Assembly: GCF_000400465.1 (NCBI RefSeq)
Contig: NW_008806280.1
Span: 90,001 to 122,000, forward strand
DNA: 32,000 nt
Direction: 5' to 3'
DNA from: Wallemia ichthyophaga EXF-994
Lineage: Eukaryota > Fungi > Basidiomycota
Within the stretch, counting starts at the first letter, position 1. Every line of letters begins with the position of its first letter. The notes beneath the pieces are model-generated. The model did no database searches. It worked only from the letters and a program-made list of their open reading frames with translations, and was not told the origin of the DNA. Below are positions 10,271 to 18,935 of the stretch, piece by piece. Position numbers and translations under genes: made by a program.

Positions 10271-11872
10271 TCACAGCGCAACATCAGCCAAGCGCGCAAC
10301 CTCAATAACGCCACCGACGAGATGGAGTGAGCCGCAGACGAGGATGTGTGTGTGTGAGTGTGGATTATTGGTACTATTCACACTCAGGCTCTCACTCCTA
10401 TCGATATAATCCACAGCAGCCTCGATCGACGGTAGTACTTCAACGCAGCCTTTGAATTGGGGGAGGAGGGAGTTCCACGCCGCTTTGAGCTCATGTTGAA
10501 CCTCTAATTCCTGTATAGTGAGTACGTCTACATTCCTAGCCGTGAGATCGCTGGCAAACTCGCCCGACGTGTAGGTCAGATTGGTGCAGAAAATGACCGA
10601 GGTGAAGAGTGTTTCCATGTTCGCGCCCGCTGCGGTGAGGTAGGCAGCGACCACGCCGAGCAGCTCGGTCGGTGACCTGCCCTTAGTGCAGTTAAAGATG
10701 AGGTGAGTGCGAGTGTGTTGTTGTGGCTGCTCCACCTCCAGCTCCCGTTCCCGCCGCGCTCTCACAACCCCGCCGAACCACTGCATGCATGCAGTGAGGC
10801 TGTCAGCGGTATGGCTGCCATCAAGAAACCACGTCGTGCTTGGCCGTCTTGGATCTACCACCGTCTGGCACCTTCCTGGCCACCTAGCCTTTGTGAGACC
10901 GTCGACGAACACCTGCGGAAGACCATTTCTCCAATCGTGCCCCTCTAGCTCACCTTTCCAGCTAGCGAACTTGTTGCTCTTTCCCGCATTCACAAAAGCA
11001 CGCACGACATCGACGGCCAGTCGCGCATTAAGCGCCTGGTGCACACCGGGCAGGCCGAGGGGGAGTGAGAGGGTGTGATTAGCGGGAGCATCGCGTGTGT
11101 CGACTACGCCGAAAGGGGCATTGACGCGCTGAGCACACTCCGCCAGAACGGCCTCGCCATCTTCGGGCTGAGGGACGGTGAGTGCCGCGGCGCCTGCTTT
11201 GTATATCCCCCCTTTATTGAGGGCTATCGCGCGAATAGTCCCGCCTAGCAAAGCCGTGTGGTCGAGACCAAGACTGCTCACAGCTGCTACTGCCGGCGCG
11301 GGGACTATGTTGGTGCAGTCGAGCGACCCCCCAATACCGACTTCGAGGACGGTCGCGTCTACGTCTTCGGCGAGGAACGTGTGGAAAGCTACGAGCGTCA
11401 TGAAGCGGAAGTAAGCGGGTTTGGGGAGAGTGGACGTGGAGTGTGTGTTGTTGACGCTGTCCACGTCGCTCACCTCATCCTCGCCCACGCCATCCAAAGC
11501 CATCCACACGTCAAAAAAGTACTTGGCGAAACGCTCTTCGCTGAGTGGGTGGCCATTGATGCGTATACGCTCGCGGACGGCTACGAGGTGCGGGGAGGTG
11601 TACAGACCCACGCTGGCGTGTGGATTGAGGGACTGGAGGAGGGACGAGACAAAGGCGGCAGTGGAGCCCTTGCCCTTTGTGCCGGTGATGTGAAGGACGT
11701 TGAGTCTGTTGAGATCGCTTGGCGTGTATCCCATCCGGCGTAGATAGACCTCCATGTCGCGGAGCGTGTGTCCACGACGAGCCTCGCGTGCGCAAGTGGA
11801 AGCGGCGATAGTAGCAGCATTGCTCTGTAGGCTGTTGAGGCATTCGATGGCGTGTTGGTAAGTCTTCTTCAT
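10271..11872 (-). CDS. MET7: Folylpolyglutamate synthase (Met7-type), intronless
   Basis: Motifs AIECLNSLQSN, HITGTKGKGST (P-loop), GLYTSPHL, RERIRING, LEVGIGG..DCTN, LGLDHT, WPGRCQ, FLDGSHT and LVCGSLHLVGG. First ATG at 11872. Confidence 0.93.
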   Translation of the reverse strand: MKKTYQHAIECLNSLQSNAATIAASTCAREARRGHTLRDMEVYLRRMGYTPSDLNRLNVLHITGTKGKGSTAAFVSSLLQSLNPHASVGLYTSPHLVAVRERIRINGHPLSEERFAKYFFDVWMALDGVGEDEVSDVDSVNNTHSTSTLPKPAYFRFMTLVAFHTFLAEDVDATVLEVGIGGSLDCTNIVPAPAVAAVSSLGLDHTALLGGTIRAIALNKGGIYKAGAAALTVPQPEDGEAVLAECAQRVNAPFGVVDTRDAPANHTLSLPLGLPGVHQALNARLAVDVVRAFVNAGKSNKFASWKGELEGHDWRNGLPQVFVDGLTKARWPGRCQTVVDPRRPSTTWFLDGSHTADSLTACMQWFGGVVRARRERELEVEQPQQHTRTHLIFNCTKGRSPTELLGVVAAYLTAAGANMETLFTSVIFCTNLTYTSGEFASDLTARNVDVLTIQELEVQHELKAAWNSLLPQFKGCVEVLPSIEAAVDYIDRSESLSVNSTNNPHSHTHILVCGSLHLVGGVIEVARLADVAL

Positions 11873-11956
11873 GGAGTGATATTGATGGTGCTGGACGAAC
11901 AAGTCAACAACTAACAACCATCAACCAATCAACTAAATAACCAATCAACCATCAGA
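11873..11956. promoter_or_regulatory. 84-bp bidirectional promoter region with two CCAAT boxes
   Basis: Lies between the divergent FPGS and RIB4 ATGs. CCAAT at 11925-11929 and 11941-11945 inside a repeated AACCA(A)TC pattern. Confidence 0.45.
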
Positions 11957-12568
11957 ATGGCCCCCCACTCAATGCCGCAGCCACCCGCTTCTCTCTCCGG
12001 CAGCAATCTCAAGATCGGCATCGTGCACACCCGCTGGAATTCGGAGGTTGTCGATGCACTCGTCCAAGGCACACGCAATCGTCTTCTCTCACTCGGAGTT
12101 AAGCCTGAGAATGTAATTATCCAGCAGATCGCTGGTAGCTGGGAATTACCGATTGCGACCAAGAAGATGATTCTCGCTGGTAGAGTTCAGCAAGGGCATT
12201 CACAGAACCTGCTCTCGGGTTTAGATCCACTCAGCTCTCCAGAGGCTCCGGGCGCATCAACAGACACAGCTTCAGCTACTAAAGTCGGCGAGTTCGACGC
12301 TGTAGTATCTATCGGTGTCCTCGTGAAAGGCAGCACACAACACTTTGAATACATCGCTGGAGCTGCGACTGACGGCCTCATGCGCGTCAGTCTCGATGAG
12401 AACACCCCCGTCGTATTCGGCGTGCTCACTTGCAATAACGAGGAACAGGCTAGAAGCAGAGCGGGTTTGGTGCCAGGTGGCCTCGAAAATCACGGTCCTA
12501 GTTGGGCAGACTCGGCTGTTGAACTCGCTGGTCTATCGGCAAAGTGGAGTAAAGGGGTGTTTGAATGA
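11957..12568 (+). CDS. RIB4: 6,7-dimethyl-8-ribityllumazine synthase, intronless
   Basis: Motifs IGIVHTRWN, GSWELP, FDAVVSIGVLVKGSTQHFEYI, PVVFGVLTC and NHG, with the low-complexity insertion seen in filamentous-fungal enzymes. Confidence 0.96.
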   Translation: MAPHSMPQPPASLSGSNLKIGIVHTRWNSEVVDALVQGTRNRLLSLGVKPENVIIQQIAGSWELPIATKKMILAGRVQQGHSQNLLSGLDPLSSPEAPGASTDTASATKVGEFDAVVSIGVLVKGSTQHFEYIAGAATDGLMRVSLDENTPVVFGVLTCNNEEQARSRAGLVPGGLENHGPSWADSAVELAGLSAKWSKGVFE

Positions 12569-12757
12569 GTAGTTAGTTTGATAAAGTATACACGCTTAAT
12601 GAATGTGGATATTACAATGGATCGATCCCGTCGAGTTGTCGAATTCGTATAAAGTGGTTCAATGAGTGAATATGCTGCTATCTGGTAGCGCTGTGGTTTT
12701 CCATGACTTTCTATTCTTCTTGATTGTCTATTCTGCTTCTTCTGACCTCTCTAGCCT

Positions 12758-13121
12758 CTAACTATGCGCCCTTCTAGGGAGGTGGAAGAGAAGTGAAGGT
12801 GGACGGTGGAGTGTTTTTACGGGACTGGTGAGGCGTGGGGAGTGGTCGTTGAGTGGAACGCAGAAAGACTGCTGCTTGGTCAAATAACCGTCAAACTCAA
12901 AAGAATTGCTCTGTGAGGTTGAAGAGGACGTTGAGCAAGTTGAAGCAGACGAAGTCGATGAGACTGATGAGGATGATCTCGATCTTTTCTGTCTTTTGGA
13001 GTGTCAGTGCCGTTCCTGCTACTCAAGCCTTGACTTACACTACAGGACGCCCAGGACGCCCAGCTTTGAAAGGGTCAAGGTCTTGGAAAAGACTGTCCGT
13101 CTTGGCTTCCGTAAGCTTCAT
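12758..13121 (-). CDS. Tentative Ser-rich hypothetical protein (about 105 aa, one intron)
   Basis: A consensus 46-nt intron at 12993-13038 (GTAAGT..CTGAC..AAG) joins MKLTEAK...RPVV to QKRSRSSSS...RRAHS* in frame. The 5' end may extend further. Confidence 0.35.
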
Positions 13122-13530
13122 CTGGGCTGATTATCTAACACTCCACGTCGACGTCGGTAGGGAGCAAGTCTTGTCGATCGAGTTGTCCAGACTGCGCACG
13201 GATGTCAGGCGGGGGCGAGACAACTCTAATTAAGAATATTTTTTAGGGTAAATGGGGATGGGCCATGTTTGACTAGGTGCATTGAAATCGTTCAACGGAA
13301 TTTATGCGTTTGTTGTACATGTGTTATTTATATCGATGTGAAAATTTGTCAGTCCTGACTGTGCAAAGTGGGAAATGAGAGTAGAATAAGTGGGAGATTG
13401 CTAGTATTGCCAAGTGAGTCAATTAAGACAAATGAGCCAGCCATTTGAGTTGAAAGTGTATGCCAGAGTGGAGATATAAACCAATGGAGCCAATGAGCTG
13501 GGTTATAAGCCATATTTGATATTTGGTAAA

Positions 13531-13833
13531 TCAATAGGACCACTGTGAGCCTGCAGAGTGATCGCTATCGAATGAACTTGTGCTTGTTGTGCTTAATGTG
13601 GACGATGTACTTGTAAGTGAGCTGCTTCGTTGTCTGTTTGAAGCGGCTGAAGCGATACAAGACAATGAATCAGTCCTGCTGAAGGTGCTGAGCGTGTCGA
13701 TATTACTATCACTCCCCCTCAAAACAGCAATTGGCAACGGCTTTGGCAGCGTGTACTTGGATGAACTACGGGAGGGTAAGGGAATGTTATTTGGGATCAG
13801 CTTCAGTGGCGTTGGTGGTTGTCTACGTGGCAT
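13531..13833 (-). CDS. Hypothetical Pro/Ser-rich protein (100 aa)
   Basis: ATG at 13833, sequence MPRRQPPTPLKLIP...KYTLPKPLP..., divergent from TAP42 with a 65-bp gap. Confidence 0.55.
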   Translation of the reverse strand: MPRRQPPTPLKLIPNNIPLPSRSSSKYTLPKPLPIAVLRGSDSNIDTLSTFSRTDSLSCIASAASNRQRSSSLTSTSSTLSTTSTSSFDSDHSAGSQWSY

Positions 13834-13898
13834 TTCAGCGAGTTTAACGACCTGCGTTTTGTTTATCTTTATATCCTGTTGGTGGTTTCGCTTCTCCA

Positions 13899-15005
13899 AT
13901 GACTTGCACAATCCCAACAAAGGAAATTTTAAAAGAAATTATTTCAAGTTATGAATCTGGGGAGAGTGGAGACGAGAATATATTGGATAAAGTCAACTCC
14001 ATCTTGTTTAGACTATCTGCAACTGCGAATACTTCCGATACACACGAGCATCACAGCGAACTCAGTTTAAATAGGTTGAGATATCTTATAGTCTATTATC
14101 TTCATCCAGAATTCATCTACAGTTCTAAATTTGGCAGTGTGGATTTCAGACAATCGAATCTATCGAAATGCCTCAATCTATACACTCAATTCACAGAATT
14201 GTTAGATTCAATTGGTTTTGATGGTATCACTATACACGGTGACTCCAAAGATCCTTCCACTCAGCGTGATTTAAAGATTCAGCGTTTTAAACAGCACAAA
14301 CGGTTGGAATCTGAGGTTTTGGAGTATAAAGAGTTGTTAGAAGATAAGCCTGATAGTGGCTTGTTTCATACCACCTTTAATTCATCTTCTCCCGCTCAGT
14401 CCACCAACCACAAGGACAGTGACGACGACGACGATGACGACGACGATATCCTCCGCGAATACCTCATCAGACTCCTTAAATACCTCTATTCGCTATCGCA
14501 ATCTCAAATCCATTCTATCCATGCTGAATTAGACCTCCTCAGCAACGTCAACAGCAACAGCACAACCGACACACGCACACGCACACAAACCCCTGCAAAC
14601 GATTCGACATGGAGATTGGACAGTGCAGTTAATGCACCCGCCAACAACCTCCTCGACAAAGAAGGCAGACCTACGCGACCATTCACGATAATGCCGCGCG
14701 GTACACACACTACACGACAGCAGATGGCAGATGGCGTGTTTCAACCCAGCCACCGTCTTCCTACAATGACCATTGACGAGTATCTCCAAGACGAGCAGGC
14801 TCGGGGGAATGTTATACAGGGGGGTGGACCTGCGAGTGAGAATCAACCAACTAGCAAGGAACAGCTCCAGCTAGACACTGAGCTCGATGGCACTCTCTTT
14901 GCTCAGCGTGCTCAGGATCAGCAGCGCGCTGACACGGAGAATTGGGCAAGGTATACCGAGGAGGTGGAGAAGGGAAGTGGCAATACTATGGCCAATAATG
15001 GGTAG
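13899..15005 (+). CDS. TAP42: PP2A-associated protein Tap42/alpha4 (IGBP1), intronless
   Basis: Motifs RDLKIQRFK, IHSIHAELDLL, LLDKEGRPTRPFTI, VFQPSHRLPTMTIDEYL and W..Y......GSGNTM at the C-terminus. Confidence 0.93.
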   Translation: MTCTIPTKEILKEIISSYESGESGDENILDKVNSILFRLSATANTSDTHEHHSELSLNRLRYLIVYYLHPEFIYSSKFGSVDFRQSNLSKCLNLYTQFTELLDSIGFDGITIHGDSKDPSTQRDLKIQRFKQHKRLESEVLEYKELLEDKPDSGLFHTTFNSSSPAQSTNHKDSDDDDDDDDDILREYLIRLLKYLYSLSQSQIHSIHAELDLLSNVNSNSTTDTRTRTQTPANDSTWRLDSAVNAPANNLLDKEGRPTRPFTIMPRGTHTTRQQMADGVFQPSHRLPTMTIDEYLQDEQARGNVIQGGGPASENQPTSKEQLQLDTELDGTLFAQRAQDQQRADTENWARYTEEVEKGSGNTMANNG

Positions 15006-15042
15006 AAGAAGTTATTTATAATGGACAATCGATCATCGATCA

Positions 15043-15231
15043 TTAGTGTATCGTTTGTGTGCTTTGTGCAATTGAAAATCTTTCATCGAGTTGAGTGCAG
15101 TGCAGTATGAGTTGGCACTCAGTCTCAGTCTCAGTCTCAGTCTCAGTTTTTATCTGTATGTTGTAGACTTGCTGCTCAAAATGCCTCGCAAATGGTAAAA
15201 TCCACTCTATTCTCTGTCTCAAACGATTCAT
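15043..15231 (-). CDS. Possible 62-aa micro-ORF placed back-to-back with the GSKIP-like gene
   Basis: ATG-initiated, fills almost the whole TAP42-GSKIP gap, and carries an in-frame hexamer repeat. No family recognised. Confidence 0.25.
   Translation of the reverse strand: MNRLRQRIEWILPFARHFEQQVYNIQIKTETETETETECQLILHCTQLDERFSIAQSTQTIH
15118..15147. repeat. (CTCAGT)5 hexamer microsatellite
   Basis: Five perfect units. On the minus strand they encode TETETE within ORF 15043-15231. Confidence 0.95.
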
Positions 15232-15570
15232 ATGTCAGAAACGCTGCACAACGAACTGTTACTTGCATTGAGTGAACAGTATAACCAGTCTCTAATATCC
15301 TCCTACACACCGATCGATACATGCACAGCGACAGTCGAGCTACTCGAGGGTGTCCAAGTGCGTGTACACATAACCCAATTTGGATATAGCCTGGGGGGCG
15401 GTGGTAGTAGTATTGGCAGTGATAGCAGCAGAAGCAGTAACACCAACACTACCAATCAATCAGAAGACTTAGAAGGCCTCTTACGCGGATGCAGTCCAGC
15501 ATTCAACCAACGCACCACAGCAATTCTGTTGGATAAACTCGATAAATTGGCTAAAGTACAACATAAATAA
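15232..15570 (+). CDS. GSKIP-domain (DUF727-like) protein, 112 aa
   Basis: Pattern ATVELLEG...ITQFGY...EDLEGLLRGCSPAF.....LLDKLDKL parallels the GSKIP C-terminal ETVYSLLDTLSPAY...LLQRLEAL (recalled motif). Confidence 0.7.
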   Translation: MSETLHNELLLALSEQYNQSLISSYTPIDTCTATVELLEGVQVRVHITQFGYSLGGGGSSIGSDSSRSSNTNTTNQSEDLEGLLRGCSPAFNQRTTAILLDKLDKLAKVQHK

Positions 15571-15598
15571 AAAGCTTTCAAGTCATCACGTTATCAGG

Positions 15599-16506
15599 TC
15601 AAAATCCACCCAGCTCCCTCTCTAGCTCTGCCAATGCTTCGTTCTCCAGTGCATCCCTGTCTGCGTCCATCCCGCCCAGTTCATCATCTGGCGGTATGTC
15701 GTCTGGAATGTCATCGTGCGTGTCAGCCTTGTTACGCGGTGGCGGTGGCGGTGGTGATCGCGGTGGCGATGGCGATCTAAATAGGGCATCTTGTTGGTGC
15801 TTCTCTGATGCATTCTCATTGTCGTGTACCTTGTCGTGATCGTTCTCTCCCTCCCGCTCCAGCTCCACACCATCCACACCACCGACACCACCGACACCAC
15901 CGACACCCATTTCACCCCTTCTCAAAGCATCCTTCCACCCCTTTAAAGCAGCCTCCATACGACGCTGATGGCAAATCTTCTCCGTGCGTTCTACGACATC
16001 GCCGAACTGCAATTTAGGGAAAAGTTTATGTGTCCAAAGGTGGTATCTGGCGAGCAGCCTACGCAAATCGGCCCATTCGTGCCCCTTACCTGCGAATTTC
16101 CAGTGAGCGCTATCGTGCATGAGCGCAGGTAAACCGTGTGTGCCGAGGAGTCTGTTCGTTGGTGAGTGAGTCACTCAGACAGTACTCCCACTCCCACTCA
16201 CCTCTCTGCATCTATCTTGGCCACCACGCGTCTAGGTTTGCCTTGAACCGCGCCGTCGTCGTCGTCTTCTCCCCCGGCCGGCTGCTTGGCTGTGGCGAGG
16301 TCGTCGCCTATCGACTCGAATATATCGTCGACTGTTTGCTTGTGTGCGCTGTGGTCGTCGTGTGCTCTTTCATCCTCTCGATCGTTATCCACCTGTGTAT
16401 GCGTGCGCTTACGCGTGCTCGCCGGCGCAACAACGCGCTCCTCGGACATTTCGCGTGCAGGTCTGCGAGTCAGGTTAGGCGGTGCGTCAAAGTCGATGAA
16501 AGACAT
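15599..16506 (-). CDS. CSM3: Replication fork protection complex subunit Csm3/Swi3/Tipin
   Basis: Intron 16152-16201 joins KPRRVVAKIDAER to LLGTHGLPALM..GKGHEWADL..LL..YHLWTHKLFPKLQF..VVERTEKICH, the Swi3 domain. ATG at 16506. Confidence 0.92.
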
Positions 16507-16565
16507 GATCGTGTGTGTAGTGTGTAGTGTGTTGGGAGTGAACGGTGAACACACCACGCACACCA

Positions 16566-17132
16566 ATGAACACGGCGAAACTCAAGCAATTCGGTGAAGA
16601 GCAGTGGCGCGGGAAGGGCGACAAGATAAATGCGGAGCTTTTCGTGATGACTTATGGGGCACTGGTGAAGCAGCTGTGGGAGGACTACGAGGATATTGGC
16701 GCGGTTAATAGCGCACTGGATCGAATGGGATATGGAATTGGTGTGCGTCTGATTGAGGAGTTTCTCGCAAAACATAGCCCGGGTTTGGCTAAATGTAGGG
16801 TCTTCGCTGAGACAGCTGACGTTGTGGCTAGCGTGGGGTTCAAGGTCTTCCTGAATGCTAGCGTTGGAGTGTCGCATATCACCCACGATGAATACTCGCT
16901 CACTCTTCTCGATAATCCGCTTAATCAGTTCGTTGCCCTCCCCGATTCAGCTGTCGAGAAAGGCCTCCTTTACAGCAACATACTCGCAGGTTGCGTTCGA
17001 GGTGCGCTTGAAATGGTTAATATGCACACCGCTGTTACTTTCACAGAGGATGAACTACTCGGCCACCAACACACCACTATCAACGTTAAATTACTCAATT
17101 ATATCGATGAACATGTACCAGATGATGAATAA
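16566..17132 (+). CDS. BET3: TRAPP complex subunit Bet3 (TRAPPC3), intronless
   Basis: Motifs KINAELFVMTYGALV, MGYGIGVRLIEEFLAK, conserved Cys in AKCRVF, NPLNQFV and YSNILAGCVRGALEMV. ATG at 16566. Confidence 0.96.
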   Translation: MNTAKLKQFGEEQWRGKGDKINAELFVMTYGALVKQLWEDYEDIGAVNSALDRMGYGIGVRLIEEFLAKHSPGLAKCRVFAETADVVASVGFKVFLNASVGVSHITHDEYSLTLLDNPLNQFVALPDSAVEKGLLYSNILAGCVRGALEMVNMHTAVTFTEDELLGHQHTTINVKLLNYIDEHVPDDE

Positions 17133-17155
17133 ATGAATAAATGAATAAATGAATA
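17126..17155 (+). repeat. (TGAATAAA)3 tandem repeat at the BET3 stop, giving three AATAAA hexamers
   Basis: tgaataaa x3 followed by tgaata. The first unit contains the BET3 stop codon. Confidence 0.85.
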
Positions 17156-17204
17156 TAGAAATGAATTTATACCTTGGATATAAGATTGGATATATGGTTT
17201 GCAT

Positions 17205-17500
17205 TTAAACAACCACACAACATCCACCGCCTTGTGGTGCGTATGGGTCTTCTTTCTTATCGACAGGGCCCCAGACAGAGGGGATCTGAGGGGAGTGTGT
17301 TAGTGTGACTGTCATGAACTACAGCCTCCATAACTTACCAAATAATCCTTGGTGGAATTACAAAACCTAATTAATCCCTGACTCGCTTCGCTGACATTGA
17401 TCCGTGGACGCGCATAATCATCTTTAAGTCTCTGGTTGTGTTCGTTGAGGCGTCTAAGCTTTAATTCGCTCATACTTTGCTTGTGAGGTCTGCCTGTCAT
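17205..17500 (-). CDS. Heterotrimeric G-protein gamma subunit (Ste18-like)
   Basis: [46 protein letters not shown], then intron 17286-17338, then IPSVWGP...DPYAP..GCCVVV*, ending in a CCAAX lipidation motif. Confidence 0.95.
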
Positions 17501-17584
17501 GACTTGATCACTCGAGTATTTAGGTGGCTCGTGGTGGCTGTTGTAATGAAACCAACGTGTATTCGAATACATTTGTCTAGACGC

Positions 17585-18388
17585 TTACATCTTCTTATAA
17601 GCCTTGTAGAGCATGCCACTCAACTCGGTCTGCTCAACTTCTTTCACTTTGCGCTCTCTCTTGAGCAACGCCTTTACCTCAGCCAACTCATCACGTAGAC
17701 TAGCAATGGTATTGTGCAACGAGGCTATTTCATTAACCTGTTTGCTGAAATGGTCAACGAGTATTTCTTCGCTGCTGTTGCGTCTGCGAGTGGGTTGAGC
17801 GGGTTTAGTGGGTTTTGTTGGGGTATTGATAGCATCAAAGAAATCTGATGAGTTTGATGGATTAGGAGAGTGCCTTAAGTGCCTTGATTGGTGTGTTTTT
17901 CTTGCCTTCTTTGGTGGCTGTGGCTGTAGCTGTGGCTGTGATGTGGACTGGCTATTGAGACATTTGGTGGGTGTGGCTGGAATATCCCACTCGCTTTGAT
18001 GTTTTCTTTTGTTTGTGCGTTGACCACCATCTACAATACTACCTCCCCCACTCGGGATATCAAACTCGGCGAGAACGTCGTCGTTGGTGTTAGTTGACCA
18101 GCTGCCCTTATTGTATTGATCATTTGCCATGATACAAGCTTGAATTATGTGTCTGCGGTTTGTTGTGCTCTGTACCTCGTCCAAGTGGCTATCAACGCAT
18201 TTCTCGAAATCAGCGAGCCAAAAGAAATACTGGCAATTGTCACTATCGCCAATTGAGCACCTATAAAACAACTCCTGTGGATGCCTTTGTGTATTGGCTC
18301 TAAGGAGAAGTACACGCTTATCGTGATTACAGAGCGGCCAACCGAGTTTATCTGTATGATTTATAGCCTGTAGCAATTTAATAGCCAT
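17585..18388 (-). CDS. GRF-type zinc-finger protein with disordered middle and C-terminal coiled coil (267 aa)
   Basis: N-terminal C-x-H...FYRC...C.YFFW pattern (CNHDK...FYRCSIGDSDNCQYFFW). C-terminal heptads IASLHNTIASLRDELAEVKALL. Confidence 0.72.
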   Translation of the reverse strand: MAIKLLQAINHTDKLGWPLCNHDKRVLLLRANTQRHPQELFYRCSIGDSDNCQYFFWLADFEKCVDSHLDEVQSTTNRRHIIQACIMANDQYNKGSWSTNTNDDVLAEFDIPSGGGSIVDGGQRTNKRKHQSEWDIPATPTKCLNSQSTSQPQLQPQPPKKARKTHQSRHLRHSPNPSNSSDFFDAINTPTKPTKPAQPTRRRNSSEEILVDHFSKQVNEIASLHNTIASLRDELAEVKALLKRERKVKEVEQTELSGMLYKAYKKM

Positions 18389-18455
18389 GAATGAATATTT
18401 TAAGTATCCCGGTTATCATCGCTGTTGGCTGCCAACCACCAGCACCAACACCACC

Positions 18456-18893
18456 ATGGAAGCAGCCAGCCATACACGCAAGCAGCGTCTGGAAGCCTTG
18501 AATAATAGAACACACGGCACCGGCGAGCACATAGTTAAATTCAGAAACTACGATCCAACGAGTAGAGAGGTAAAGAAGGGCGATAACAGCCAGACCTCCG
18601 TCGACACAGTCGAATCCGCTGTCACTGGTTTAGTTGATTCTATCCTCGATAAAGATGAGGAGCTGCGTAATGAGGATTTGGATATCTTCAATATCGCACC
18701 AAAGAGACCAAACTGGGATATGAGGAGGCAATTGACCAATAAGATGTCTCTATTGAATAAGGCTGATCAGCTAGCTATCAATACACTGTTACGCAATAGA
18801 CTTTCTAATCCCAACGACAATAACGTAAACAACGGTGCTGCTTTAGCCAGTGCCTCAAACAAACTCATCCATTACTCAGACCAAGATGATTGA
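18456..18893 (+). CDS. CWF18: Pre-mRNA splicing factor Cwf18/CCDC12
   Basis: Motifs RKQRLEAL, KFRNYDP, LDIFNIAPKRPNWD and AINTLLRNRL. Start taken as ATG 18456; an in-frame upstream ATG exists at 18387. Confidence 0.9.
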   Translation: MEAASHTRKQRLEALNNRTHGTGEHIVKFRNYDPTSREVKKGDNSQTSVDTVESAVTGLVDSILDKDEELRNEDLDIFNIAPKRPNWDMRRQLTNKMSLLNKADQLAINTLLRNRLSNPNDNNVNNGAALASASNKLIHYSDQDD

Positions 18894-18935
18894 TACGCGC
18901 ATTCTAACAATTCTAGCAATATATTTATTCTTTAC

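Noticed and set aside
10703-11843. Multiple plus-strand ORFs inside FPGS
   Set aside because: These are antisense shadows in GC-rich coding DNA with no family features.
11872-11917. TTG-initiated N-terminal extension of FPGS as a mitochondrial presequence
   Set aside because: The 15-aa extension (LVVDLFVQHHQYHS) has no Arg and contains an Asp, so it is not presequence-like.
12185-12285. Low-complexity insertion in lumazine synthase
   Set aside because: Similar insertions are a known feature of filamentous-fungal RIB4 proteins, so it is not novel.
12906-13130. Acidic plus-strand ORF with a CxCxxC-like stretch
   Set aside because: It starts at TTG, and the opposite strand has a perfect intron and continuous frame, so it is more likely the shadow of the Ser-rich minus-strand gene.
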